A DNA stretch of 64,000 nucleotides, from the NCBI GenBank assembly GCA_965199715.1, contig OZ241322.1, positions 2,048,001 through 2,112,000 on the forward strand, read 5' to 3'. The notes below the pieces were generated by a model, which saw only the letters and a list, made by a program, of their open reading frames with translations, had not been told where the DNA came from and searched no databases. Origin of the DNA: Vicinamibacteria bacterium. GTDB taxonomy: Bacteria; Acidobacteriota; Vicinamibacteria; Marinacidobacterales; Marinacidobacteraceae. Position numbers and translations under genes: made by a program. This document shows, piece after piece, positions 52,474 to 64,000 of the stretch (positions are counted from its first letter, which is position 1; every line of letters begins with the position of its first letter).

Positions 52474-53973
52474 ATGAGCACTGTCGGCCCCCCGCCGGTT
52501 TCGCCGGCGCCGCGCGCGCCGGCCGTCGCTTCGGCGTGGCCCGCCCTCGACCCCGCCATCCACGTCTTCCTGTTCGACGACCGGATCCGGTGCGTCGGCG
52601 GCGGCGAAGGCTGGCGGGGAGCCTTCGTGCGCGAGGCGAACGCCGTGTTCGAGGGAACGAAGGCCAAGCGGCCCTTCGCCCGCCCCGGCCAGGACGGCGA
52701 GCCGATGGCGGTGGCGTTCCACGGCCGCGGCGTCCCCGGCAGGCCGCCGGCGGAACGCGCCCGGATCCTCGCGGCGCGGGCGGTCGCCTGGGCCCGCGAC
52801 TTCGGCTTCTCCGAGCTCGCGTTCGTCCTCGACGGGCCGGACGGGCCCGGATTCGCTCCGGCCGTGGCCGAGGGCGCGACGCTCGCGTCGTACGAGTTCA
52901 GCCGCTATCTCTCGAACCCCGCAGAGCAGCCGGCGACGACACTTCTCGTTAGCGCCGCCGACGAGGCGGAGACCTCGGCCCGCGTCGCCGCCGCGGCCGC
53001 GCTCGCCGCCGACGTGAACCGGGCGCGGGACCTCATCAACGAACCCGCCGAGGCGCTGCCGCCGGAGGGACTCGCCGCCGAGGCCTGCGCCATCGCCGCC
53101 GAGGGGGACCTTGAGGTCGAGATCCTCGACGAGGCCGCGCTGCGCCGCGACGGCTACCCGGGGCTGATCTCGGTCGGGCAGGGAAGCCCCCGCCCGCCGC
53201 GCCTGATCGTCCTCCGCCATCGTCCCGAAGGCGCGGACCCCGAGCGCCACCTGGCGCTCGTCGGCAAGGGCATCACCTTCGACACCGGCGGCATCTCGCT
53301 GAAGCCGCCGAGCGGCATGTGGACCATGAAGGGGGACATGTCGGGCGCGGCGGCGGTGCTGCGGGCGATGGCCTCGGTCGCCCGAAGGAAGGTTCCGGCG
53401 CGGGTCACCGGAATCGTCGCGACCGCCGAGAACTTCGTCGGCCCGATGGCGACGCGCCCGGGCGACGTCTTCGTCGCCCGCAACGGCAAGTCGGTGATGG
53501 TGGATAACACCGACGCCGAGGGAAGGCTCGTCCTGAGCGACGCCCTCGCCCGCGCCGGCGAGGAGGGCGCCACCCACATCGTGGACGTGGCGACGCTCAC
53601 CGGAGCGGCGGTGCGGGCGCTCGGCACGGCGGTCGCGGCGGTCATGGGCAACGACCGCGACTGGGTCGGGCAGGTCATCGAGGCCGGCGAGCCGCACGGC
53701 GAGGCGTTCTGGGAGCTGCCGCTGGTCGAGGAGTACGTCGAGCAGCTCCGCACCGACTCGGCGGACCTCAAGAACATCGGCGGGATCAACGCCGGGGCGA
53801 TCACCGCGGGGCTGTTCCTGAAGGAGTTCGTGCCCGACAGGACGACGTGGGCCCACCTCGACATCGCCGGGCCGTTCCTCGTGGAGAAGCCGTGGAAGTA
53901 CTTCCCGAAGGGCGCCACCGGGTTCGGCGTGCGGACCCTCTACGAGCTCGCGAGCCGCTTCGCGGGCGGCTGA
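52474..53973 (+). CDS. pepA: Leucyl aminopeptidase (M17)
   Basis: VGKGITFDTGGISLK, MKGDMSGAA, NTDAEGRL, ATLTGA, WAHLDIAG. Confidence 0.96.
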   Translation: MSTVGPPPVSPAPRAPAVASAWPALDPAIHVFLFDDRIRCVGGGEGWRGAFVREANAVFEGTKAKRPFARPGQDGEPMAVAFHGRGVPGRPPAERARILAARAVAWARDFGFSELAFVLDGPDGPGFAPAVAEGATLASYEFSRYLSNPAEQPATTLLVSAADEAETSARVAAAAALAADVNRARDLINEPAEALPPEGLAAEACAIAAEGDLEVEILDEAALRRDGYPGLISVGQGSPRPPRLIVLRHRPEGADPERHLALVGKGITFDTGGISLKPPSGMWTMKGDMSGAAAVLRAMASVARRKVPARVTGIVATAENFVGPMATRPGDVFVARNGKSVMVDNTDAEGRLVLSDALARAGEEGATHIVDVATLTGAAVRALGTAVAAVMGNDRDWVGQVIEAGEPHGEAFWELPLVEEYVEQLRTDSADLKNIGGINAGAITAGLFLKEFVPDRTTWAHLDIAGPFLVEKPWKYFPKGATGFGVRTLYELASRFAGG

Positions 53974-53979
53974 CCGCGC

Positions 53980-55125
53980 TCAGTCGCGGTCGTCGGTGAC
54001 TTCGAAGAAGGGCCGTTCCCGCTCGCGGAACTGCCCGACCAGCATGCGCACCACGCTTCCGTAGCTGCGGGCGCCGCCCGCGACCCGCATCGTTCTCAGG
54101 TAGGAGTCGTTCACGCGCCGGGCGGCGCCGCGGACGAGGCCCCGGTGCCGCGCCCAGAAGGCGTTGAGCGCCTCCAGATCGCGCCGCGGCCCGGAGCCGA
54201 GCCGGGCGAGGGCCCGCTCCCGGTCCGCGGGAGGCGCCGCGGCGACCAGGTGCCGGGTCGCGTAGAAGGAGGCGGCGTACTGGAGATAGGGGTGGGAGCC
54301 GGGCCGGGACAGCGCGAGGAACGCGGCGAAGCTGGCTTCGCCCTCGTGGGTGACCGCCCGCTGGTGCGCCTTCTCGTGGGCGGCGGTGAAGGCGATCGCC
54401 ACGTCGGGCGGCCCGGTGTTCAGGGTCGGCTCGCCGGTGAACGGCACGAAGATGCCGCTGATCCCGAGCCGCGACATGACTCCGGAGAGGATCGCGGGCT
54501 TCACCGGAACCGTCCGTCCGCCCCTGGGATCGCCCGGCAGGTCGATCCCCCGATACGCGGCGTCGATTCGCTGGCTGAGGTCGCGGTATCCGAGCGGATT
54601 CGTCGAGACCGCGTCGGTCGGAAGCCCGGCCAGCGCATGCAGGCGGGTGGTCTCGGCGGCCGACTCCTCGGCGAACCGGCCCAGTTCCGCCCCGGTGATG
54701 TCCCGGGTCAGGAGCCCCAGCCGGGGTTCGAGGAGCGGCCGCGCGTAGTTGAGGCCCCAGACCACGAGGAACAGCGCGTACAGCGCCCCGGCGACCGAGA
54801 GCACGAGAAGCGCCAGCGTCCCGAGCTGCCGGGGGAGGCTCGCCGCCGGCCCCGCCGGGGTTCGCCGGCGCGCGATGCGCCAGGCGAGGCGGACGACGAT
54901 CAGCGCCGACGCGCCGAGCACCAGCACCTCGGCGACGGAGAAGGGGACGAGGCCCGTGCCCCACGCGAAGACCGCGAGCACCCACGAGTAGAGGCCCTCG
55001 GTGTAGGAGGCCTCGACCGCCAGCGGCCGGGTGAGCCCGAGCCGGAACAGGAGCGCCGCCAGCAGGCCGGCGGCGACCCCGGCGAGCGCGATCCAGGGAC
55101 GCACGCGGCGGAGCCGGGAAGCCAT
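53980..55125 (-). CDS. Membrane-anchored zincin-like protein (DUF3810-like)
   Basis: TM helices, WGLNYAR, GIFVPFTGE, HEKAHQ...EGEA. Confidence 0.85.
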   Translation of the reverse strand: MASRLRRVRPWIALAGVAAGLLAALLFRLGLTRPLAVEASYTEGLYSWVLAVFAWGTGLVPFSVAEVLVLGASALIVVRLAWRIARRRTPAGPAASLPRQLGTLALLVLSVAGALYALFLVVWGLNYARPLLEPRLGLLTRDITGAELGRFAEESAAETTRLHALAGLPTDAVSTNPLGYRDLSQRIDAAYRGIDLPGDPRGGRTVPVKPAILSGVMSRLGISGIFVPFTGEPTLNTGPPDVAIAFTAAHEKAHQRAVTHEGEASFAAFLALSRPGSHPYLQYAASFYATRHLVAAAPPADRERALARLGSGPRRDLEALNAFWARHRGLVRGAARRVNDSYLRTMRVAGGARSYGSVVRMLVGQFRERERPFFEVTDDRD

Positions 55126-55163
55126 CGGACTTCATGCTAGCAGCCGTAGGGGACAATGCCGGC

Positions 55164-56348
55164 GTGCCCGGCCGCCCCTTCGACGCCGCGGTGGTCGGGG
55201 CCGGAATCGTCGGCCTCGCGATCGCCCGCGAGCTCCAGCGGCGGGGTCGCCGGCGCGTCGTCGTGCTCGAGAAGGAGGCGCGCGTCGCGAGCCACCAGAC
55301 CGGCCGGAACAGCGGGGTCATGCACTCCGGGATCTACTACGCGCCGGGTTCGCTGCGGGCCCGGCTGTGCCGGCGCGGCGGCCAGCTCCTGCGCGATTTC
55401 TGCGACCGGAACGGCGTTGCGTACCGGCTCTCGGGCAAGCTCGTCGTGGCCCGGGAAGCCGGGCGCGAGACTGAGGCGCTGGAGTCGCTGCTCGAGCGCG
55501 GAACGGCGAACGGGGTGCCCGACCTGAAGATACTGGATCGCTCCGGGCTCCGGGCCGTCGAGCCGTGCGCCGACGGGGCGGCGGCGCTCCACGTCCCCTC
55601 GGCCGGCGTGGTGCGTTTCGACGAAGTCGCCGAAGCGCTCGCCGAATCGGTCCGGGAGGCGGGCGGGGAGGTCCGCACCGGGTTTCGCGTCGCGCGCATC
55701 GACGCCGAGAGAACCGGAGTCCGGCTGGACGGCGGAATCCGCGCCGGGATGCTGGTGACCGCGGCCGGCCTCCACGCCGACCGCGTCGCCCGCCTCGCCG
55801 GCGAGGACCCGGAAATCCTTGTCGCGCCCTTCCGGGGCGAGTACTTCCGGCTCCGGCGCCCCGAGCTGGTGCGCGGCCTAATCTACCCGGTTCCCGACCC
55901 GCGCTTCCCGTTCCTCGGGGTGCACGTCCACCGAAACCTCGACGGGGAGGTGCACGCCGGCCCCAACGCGGTGCTCGCGCTGGCGCGGGAGGGCTACCGC
56001 CGGCGGGACGCGCGCGCCGCCGACCTTTTCGAGATGGCGGCGTTCGTGGGCATGCGCCGGTTCCTGCGCCGCGAGTGGCGCGCCGGCGTGGTCGAAGTCC
56101 GGCGGTCGTTCTCCAGGCGGCGCTTCGCCGCGTCGCTCGCCCGGCTGGTTCCCGCGATCCGGCCGGAGGATCTGGAGCCCGCCCCCCCCGGCGTGCGCGC
56201 CATCGCCATGCTGCCGGACGGCCGGATCGCCGACGATTTTCGGATCCGGCGGAGCGAGAACCGCATCCACCTGCTCAACGCGCCCTCTCCCGCCGCGACG
56301 GCGGCGCTCGCCGTCGCCGAGCGCGTCGGGGAGCTTGCCGACGGGTAG
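55164..56348 (+). CDS. lhgO: L-2-hydroxyglutarate oxidase family FAD oxidoreductase
   Basis: GAGIVG, HQTGRNSGVMHSGIYY, YPVPDPRFPFLGVH, NAPSPAATA. GTG 55164 preferred over ATG 55134. Confidence 0.92.
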   Translation: MPGRPFDAAVVGAGIVGLAIARELQRRGRRRVVVLEKEARVASHQTGRNSGVMHSGIYYAPGSLRARLCRRGGQLLRDFCDRNGVAYRLSGKLVVAREAGRETEALESLLERGTANGVPDLKILDRSGLRAVEPCADGAAALHVPSAGVVRFDEVAEALAESVREAGGEVRTGFRVARIDAERTGVRLDGGIRAGMLVTAAGLHADRVARLAGEDPEILVAPFRGEYFRLRRPELVRGLIYPVPDPRFPFLGVHVHRNLDGEVHAGPNAVLALAREGYRRRDARAADLFEMAAFVGMRRFLRREWRAGVVEVRRSFSRRRFAASLARLVPAIRPEDLEPAPPGVRAIAMLPDGRIADDFRIRRSENRIHLLNAPSPAATAALAVAERVGELADG

Positions 56349-56358
56349 CATCCGCCCC

Positions 56359-57642
56359 ATGCGTTTCCCCCTGCTCGCGCTCTTTCTGTTCGCCGGCGCC
56401 GCGTCCGCCCGGACCACCGTCATCCGCGCCGACCGCCTCATCGTCGGAACCGACGCGCCGGTGATGCTGGATCCGGTCGTGGTCATCGAGGGAGACCGCA
56501 TCGTCGAGGTCGGCCCCGCCGGATCGATTCCGGAGCCGCCCGGCGCGACGGTGATCGACCTCGCCGGCCACACGCTGCTCCCCGGACTCTTCGACGCGCA
56601 CGTCCATCTCGGCGGCGTTCCCGGCGACGGCGGGGATACCCAGAAGATGCGCGAGACCGTGGCGCACGAGGCCATCTACGCCGTGGCCCACGCCCGGATC
56701 ACGCTGGAGAAGGGGTTCACCAGCGTGCGCAACATCGGGGCGGGGAACTACCACGACGCCGCGCTGCGGGACATGATCGAGCGCGGAATCGTGCCCGGGC
56801 CGCGCATCCAGGCGGCCACCTGGGGCGTGGGCTCGACCGGCGGCCACGCCGACATCAACGGCTGGAGCGCCGACGTGGCGACGCCCGGCTACGCGATGAT
56901 CGCCGACGGCCCGGAAGAACTGCGCCGCGCGGTCCGCCACCAGGTCAAGTACGGCGCCGACGTGATCAAGGTCACCGCGTCCGGGGGCGTGCTCTCGCAC
57001 GGCGACGCGATCGACGACCAGGCCTACGACTTCGAGGAGCTGAAGGCGATCGTGGACGCGGCGGCGATGCTGCACACCCCGGTCGCGGCCCACGCCCACT
57101 CGCCGGCGGCCATGAACGACGCGATCCGGGCCGGCGTCGTGAGCATCGAGCACGGCACGCTCATCGACGACGAGGGCATCCGGCTCGCGAGAGAGCACGG
57201 CACGTTCATCGTCCCCACGCTCTACACGCTCGATTTCATCGTGGACGAGGGCGCGGCCAGCGGCGTCCCCGAGGAATCGATCGAGAAGGCGCGCTCCATC
57301 GCGGTCCAGCAGCGCGAGCGGCTCTCCGCCGCCTTCCACGCCGGGGTCCGGTTCGCCTACGGCACCGACGCCGCCGTCTTCCCGCACGGGCGGAACGCGA
57401 AGGACTTCGCGATCTTGGTCGAGGAGATGGACGTCTCGCCGATGGCGGCGATCCGGACGGCCACGATCAACGCCGCCGAGCTGCTGGGCTGGGAGGCGGA
57501 CCTCGGCTCGATCGAGGCCGGCAAGCTCGCCGACGTCATCGCGGTCGAGGGCGACCCGCTGGCGAACATCCGCCTGCTGGAGGATGTCCGCTTCGTCATG
57601 AAGGGCGGCGAGGTGTTTAGGTCGGCCCTATCCTCGCAATAG
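56359..57642 (+). CDS. Secreted amidohydrolase-family protein (Xaa-Pro dipeptidase-like)
   Basis: Signal peptide, [28 protein letters not shown]. Confidence 0.92.
   Translation: MRFPLLALFLFAGAASARTTVIRADRLIVGTDAPVMLDPVVVIEGDRIVEVGPAGSIPEPPGATVIDLAGHTLLPGLFDAHVHLGGVPGDGGDTQKMRETVAHEAIYAVAHARITLEKGFTSVRNIGAGNYHDAALRDMIERGIVPGPRIQAATWGVGSTGGHADINGWSADVATPGYAMIADGPEELRRAVRHQVKYGADVIKVTASGGVLSHGDAIDDQAYDFEELKAIVDAAAMLHTPVAAHAHSPAAMNDAIRAGVVSIEHGTLIDDEGIRLAREHGTFIVPTLYTLDFIVDEGAASGVPEESIEKARSIAVQQRERLSAAFHAGVRFAYGTDAAVFPHGRNAKDFAILVEEMDVSPMAAIRTATINAAELLGWEADLGSIEAGKLADVIAVEGDPLANIRLLEDVRFVMKGGEVFRSALSSQ
57617..57642 (+). promoter_or_regulatory. Putative OxyR operator upstream of katG
   Basis: TTAG-N7-CTAT-N7-ATAG matches three of the four tetranucleotides of the OxyR ATAG-N7-CTAT-N7-ATAG-N7-CTAT consensus. 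Confidence 0.65.
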
Positions 57643-57703
57643 AAGAAATGTCCTGGAGCTATCAACTCCAGTGCGGCAGAGTTCCCGTCGGGAGACAGAC
57701 GTC

Positions 57704-59881
<2,178 letters not shown>

Positions 59882-59887
59882 GAGCTC

Positions 59888-60793
59888 TCAGCCCGCCCGG
59901 ACCGTCTTCCGGATGGTCCGGGCGACCTCGCGCATCGCTCCGCCCACCGCGGAGCGACCGCGAAAGGCGAGCACGACGGTGCGGTGCGGCTCCGGCGCCC
60001 GCAGCGGCCGGATCCGAAGCTCGGAGCGCAGCGTCTCGGTGGGCGCCGCGATTTCGGGCAGCAGCGTGACTCCCATGCCGGCCCCCACCATCTGGACCAG
60101 CGTCGGCAGGCTCGTGGCCCGCACGCTCAGATCCCGCACCCCGCCCCCGGCGCAGAACTCGATGATCTGGTCGCGCAGGCAGTGGCCGTCGTCCAGCAGG
60201 AGCACCGGCTCGCTTCGCAGCTTGCGGAAGGGAACCGGCCCCGGGCCCTCGGCGAGCGGATGGCCCGGCGGCGTGGCGAGCACGAACGGGTCGCGGTCGA
60301 TGGTCTCCGACTCCAGTTCGCCGATCCCCGCCTCGAGCGCCAGCAGCGCCCCGTCGAGCTCGCCCTGCCCGATGCGCCGGAGCAGCGCTTCGGTCTTGTC
60401 CTCGAGCCACTCGAGCGAAAGCTGCGGGTGCTCCTCCCGCAGCGCGAGCGACGCCTTCGGCAGCAGGTAGGGGCCGATCGTCGGGATCGCGCCGATCCGG
60501 AGCGTCCCGGCGAGTGGGTCCACGAACCGCCGGGCGGTTCCGACCACGTCCTCGGTCTCGAGGAGGACGCGCCGCATGCGCTCGATCACGCCCTTCCCGG
60601 CGCGGGTGACCAGCGCGCCCCGGCGGTCGCGCTCGAACAGGCGCACCCCGAGCGCGGTCTCGATCCCGCGGATCTGGACGCTCAGCGACGGCTGCGAGAC
60701 GTGGCAGCGCTCCGCCGCCCGACGAAAGCTGCCGAGGTCCGCCACGGCGATGGCGTACTGCATCTGCCGCAGCGTGAAGTTATACAGCCTCAT
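59888..60793 (-). CDS. oxyR: Hydrogen peroxide-inducible LysR regulator
   Basis: HTH SFRRAAERCHVSQPSLS, IPTIGPYLLP, DGHCLRDQIIEFC (both redox Cys), ATSLPTL. Adjacent to katG. Confidence 0.92.
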   Translation of the reverse strand: MRLYNFTLRQMQYAIAVADLGSFRRAAERCHVSQPSLSVQIRGIETALGVRLFERDRRGALVTRAGKGVIERMRRVLLETEDVVGTARRFVDPLAGTLRIGAIPTIGPYLLPKASLALREEHPQLSLEWLEDKTEALLRRIGQGELDGALLALEAGIGELESETIDRDPFVLATPPGHPLAEGPGPVPFRKLRSEPVLLLDDGHCLRDQIIEFCAGGGVRDLSVRATSLPTLVQMVGAGMGVTLLPEIAAPTETLRSELRIRPLRAPEPHRTVVLAFRGRSAVGGAMREVARTIRKTVRAG

Positions 60794-60799
60794 GTTCCC

Positions 60800-60816
60800 G
60801 ATAGCAGGAATCTATC
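60800..60816. promoter_or_regulatory. Putative OxyR autoregulatory site
   Basis: gATAG-caggaat-CTATc palindrome just upstream of the oxyR start, overlapping a minus-strand TAGATT -10. Confidence 0.7.
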
Positions 60817-60865
60817 GCGCCAGGCCCGCTGCGACACACTCCCGCCCCTCCGAGGAGGTACCCTG

Positions 60866-61955
60866 ATGCACAGGTTGCTCGCTGGAACGCTGTTCGTCGC
60901 AGTGGCGGCGACCACGCCTGCGGAAGCTGCGGAAGCGTCCGGGTATCGGTTCTTTACCGGGTCGCGGGATCCCGGTGTGCCGTTGTCTGGCGACGCCCTG
61001 CGCTGGAGCCCGGGGAAGTGGAGGACGGGAGGGATCTTGGAGTGGGCGATCTCGGGCGGCCCGGTGTGGACCGAGGCATGGGTGGACGACGAGGAGGAGG
61101 CGCATGAGGCGCCGTTCGGGAGCCTCGATGAAGTGGAGTCGTTCGTCCGGACTGCCGTTGCCGACTGGTCGGAGACTCCAACCGCCGACATGCGGATGGA
61201 GGTCTCTGGGATTGCCAGGGAACTCGGGTCGGTCCGGGACGGCTGAATTCGATCCGGGTTCTCGGTGAGAGTGATCCTCATAACGGGTCTTCGCACGGAC
61301 GGCTTTGGGAAAGAAGATCCGGGAACCGTTGGGTCACGGAAGAATGTGAGGTCAATCTTCCGGGCCACGTCCGGCACCCAAACAAGGACGCCCCGATGAG
61401 CGTGCTGTTGCACGAGCTGGGGCGCTGTCTGGGTCTTCAACATGCGGGACTGACGCCCACCTGGAACGCCAGGTTGGCGCTTTGGGGATGGCAGGAGAAA
61501 AGCGCCGTGTTCTCCGGAGATCCCGTGATGTCGTACGGGTGGGGGTATCCGCTGACCTACGACGATCGCATCGGCGCGTCCCTGCTTGGTCCGGCGCCGG
61601 TGTGGGTGCGCACGACCGGGAGCGTCGCCGGCGAAGTGATTCGCGCCGGGGCCCGGCGCGCTTCGTCCATGTCGCCGCGACGCGTGTCTCGGAAGACGGC
61701 CTCGGCGAAACGACGACCGCTCTTGCGAATCGCGAAGGGAAGTTCGAGATCGAGGGACTCGCTCCCGGCGAGTACCTCCTCGGCGTGCAGCCGGCGCTGA
61801 GGCCCGTCGCACATCCTCGGCTGGCCCGACGGGGGATGGCCCTTGATTTCGACGATCAGTTCGTGCTCGCGCAGACGACGGTGGTCGCCGGGAATGCAAC
61901 TTCCGTCGATCCGATTCAGGTCGGCGGCGAGCGCCGGGGCATGACTCCTCGGTGA
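60866..61955 (+). pseudogene. Disrupted secreted matrixin-like metalloprotease with C-terminal carboxypeptidase-regulatory-like domain
   Basis: GAGGAGG RBS and signal peptide. -1 frameshifts near 61243 (RDG/LNSI) and near 61650. HELGRCLGLQH (HExxHxxGxxH with His to Arg), Met-turn PVMSY, GKFEIEGLAPGEY. Confidence 0.75.
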
Positions 61956-62050
61956 GAGCCCATGCTGCGCATTGTCCAGGACAGCCTGCGCCGAGGGTCT
62001 TTATCGGGGACGTGCTTCCGAACACACCCCGCGGGGATAGGGCTTCCGTT

Positions 62051-62593
62051 TCAACGGAGTCCGAAGAGAGCCAAGTCCGCGAGCGACCGGGCGAGCTCGT
62101 CCAAGGTGCCGATCCGGTCGGCGCCATCGAGCGCGAGTGGCGGCAGGATGCCTTCATGACCATCCTCGCCAAGCCGCAGCGTCCGCTTGCCGGCCTCCCC
62201 CCCGGTCACGCGGGGCATGCGGCCGGGATCGCCGGCGAGGAACACCAGCACCCGCTCCCCGGGTTCGAAACGGGGCGAGTGGGACTGGCTCATGGCGACA
62301 TCGCCCACGACGCCGCCCGGAACCTGGAACTGGACCTCACTCCCGGAGCTGCCGCGGAGCGAGCGCTCCACCCGTAGCGTGACGGTCGTGAGGATCAGGG
62401 TTCGCTCAGCGTTCCAGTGCGGGCGAGCGTCCACGACCTCGCCGGCGACGACGGCCTTCGAGCGTTGGACCAATTCCGCCGCTGAGGGCCATGCGTAGGG
62501 ATTCCGCGGCCCCTGGCGGCCCCGCTGAGCTGGGGCGCCGCTGGCCACGGCGAGCGCCGCCGCGAGAACGATTACGGAGTTCGGGAAACGCAC
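62051..62593 (-). CDS. Secreted hypothetical protein (beta-rich domain)
   Basis: GTG 7 nt after TATATT. Signal peptide, ELVQRSKAVVAGEV...VERSLRG...VPGG...PRFEPGERVLVFL. Confidence 0.8.
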   Translation of the reverse strand: MRFPNSVIVLAAALAVASGAPAQRGRQGPRNPYAWPSAAELVQRSKAVVAGEVVDARPHWNAERTLILTTVTLRVERSLRGSSGSEVQFQVPGGVVGDVAMSQSHSPRFEPGERVLVFLAGDPGRMPRVTGGEAGKRTLRLGEDGHEGILPPLALDGADRIGTLDELARSLADLALFGLR

Positions 62594-62641
62594 GGCGACC
62601 AATATAGTCCGGTCCGCATGAGTGCTCGAGAAGGGTGTTCC

Positions 62642-63471
62642 ATGCGCAGACTTCCGGCGGCGCCGTCGACCGCCAGAGCGGCGGCCACCATCCTCGTGCT
62701 CGCGTCGATCGTGGGATGCGAGGACGCCAGCGCTCCCGCGGCCCCCGCGCCGCCTTCCCCTCCATACTCGGTCCGCTTCGCGGATGCGCAAATTCGGGTC
62801 GGCGAGGGCGACACGGTCATGGTCCGGCGCCTGTACGACGTGCGCAGTCTCGCGTCGCCCACGACGCAGCGGCCGACGGCGTCGTCCGATTCGGCCGTCT
62901 CCGAAGAGGACTACACGCTCTCGGGAGATACGGTGACCATCCCATCCGGGAACGGGATACAGGGCGAGGCGAGCGTCTCGCTCGAGGCGTTGCCCGACAC
63001 CTTCGTTACCGAAGGGGAAGAAACCCTGAGCATCTCGCTCACTCTGCGGGAGCCACGGGCGCCTTGCCGTCGCCGCTCGACGTCGTGATCGCCGATGGTC
63101 CGGTTCCGGTGTGCCCGGGAATCCGGCTCGCGGCAACTCCGCTGACGTCGCTCCATGGAGATGAACATGCGAGCACGCAGCTCCCGATCGAGGTGGATGG
63201 CGACGTCGGGGGCGCGCGGCTCGAGCTGCTCGGGAGCTACGAGAACACGCGCCATTCCGGCCCCCTGCCCACCTTGGGCATTCGTTCGTGGCGGGTTCGC
63301 TCCACTCCCGCCGGCGTGGCGCACGAGATGGACATCAACTGGCCCGGAACGGAGGATTTTCTCGACGCGCCGCCATGGCTCGAGCTCCAGCTCTCCGGAG
63401 GGGCGTGCCCCTACGCCTCCGTCATCGCCTGCGACGAGGCGGGCTGCGAGGTGCGTCCCGGCGAGCGTTAG
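62642..63471 (+). pseudogene. Frameshifted lipoprotein with Calx-beta-like domain
   Basis: Lipobox IVGC, VGEGD...EDYT...VTIP...DTFVTEGEETLSISL, then a -1 shift near 63040-63060 into LPSPLDVVIAD...CDEAGCEV. Confidence 0.65.
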
Positions 63472-63472
63472 G

Positions 63473-64000
63473 TCAGGCGCGGCGCAGCCGGTCCATCGTC
63501 TCGACGAGGACGTCGAGGAACTCGTCGAGGTGCTCGGCGTGGGTGCGGAAGATTCCGAGCGACGGGCGCTGCCAGAACACCCCGTCCAGCACGGTCGCCG
63601 TGATGAACACGCGCCCGTCGTCCTGGATCGCGTCCTGAAGCTCCCGGTTGCGGGCGTTGATCGCCGGCTCGTCGAGACCCGGCGGCTTCCAGCGGAAGCA
63701 GACGGTCTGCAGCTCCGGCTCCGGCCCGACCTCGATCTCGGGGAGTTCCGCAAGCCGGGCGTGGAGGTAGCGGGCCAGCACCCACTTCTCCTCCAGCGCG
63801 GCGGCGAAGGCCCCCGTCCCGTGGAGCGCGAGGGGGAGGAACATCCGCAGCGCCCGGAAGTGGCGGGTCAGCTCGATGGAGCGCTCGGAAGGTGAGGGTA
63901 CCGGTTGCTCCTCGTCCACGAGATACGGCGCGCGGAATCGGAAGGTGTCCAGATGGCGCGCGTCGCGCAGCACGACTGCCCCGCTGCCGTAGGGCAGGAA
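63473..64000 (-). CDS. Group II PLP-dependent decarboxylase (partial, 5' end outside window)
   Basis: FLPYGSGAVVLRD, SIELTRHFRALRMF, TVCFR, GRVFITAT. Confidence 0.88.
   Translation of the reverse strand, partial: FLPYGSGAVVLRDARHLDTFRFRAPYLVDEEQPVPSPSERSIELTRHFRALRMFLPLALHGTGAFAAALEEKWVLARYLHARLAELPEIEVGPEPELQTVCFRWKPPGLDEPAINARNRELQDAIQDDGRVFITATVLDGVFWQRPSLGIFRTHAEHLDEFLDVLVETMDRLRRA

Noticed and set aside
61241-61246. In-frame TGA in the matrixin-like gene as selenocysteine or readthrough
   Set aside because: The protein-like continuation (LNSI...HELG) is in the -1 frame, so this is a frameshift and not recoding.

Overview
High-GC bacterial chromosomal segment made up mostly of housekeeping genes. 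The ribH-nusB-lysS-lolC/D-clpC-bamA-skp gene order, the DUF6677-like gene and the stand-alone TonB proteins suggest a diderm such as Acidobacteriota, but that is inference. Contents: a Tat-exported molybdo-oxidoreductase pair, thiolase/hbd, recA and SRAP, three tRNAs, uppP-ftsK-amidase, rsmA-trxB-tlpA-purA, ileS, gmk, an E1 alpha/beta fusion, ferredoxin/ispH, uvrB, purine salvage genes, an envelope-biogenesis operon, miaA, priA, pepA, lhgO and katG-oxyR. I saw no CRISPR array, integrase, transposase or rRNA. Two accessory patches stand out. (1) At 26.3-27.8 kb the last 45 bp of uvrB is duplicated, and each copy is followed by a paralogous PD-(D/E)XK-like nuclease gene, one intact and one frameshifted with altered catalytic residues. 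This is the best candidate for an undescribed system. (2) At 60.9-63.5 kb there is a decaying cluster of secreted or lipoprotein genes. Window-wide, many genes have a -10 hexamer 6-9 nt before the start codon (leaderless architecture), including an 18-bp priA/pepA intergenic that looks like a bidirectional promoter. All family calls come from recognising motifs by eye; no database search was run.
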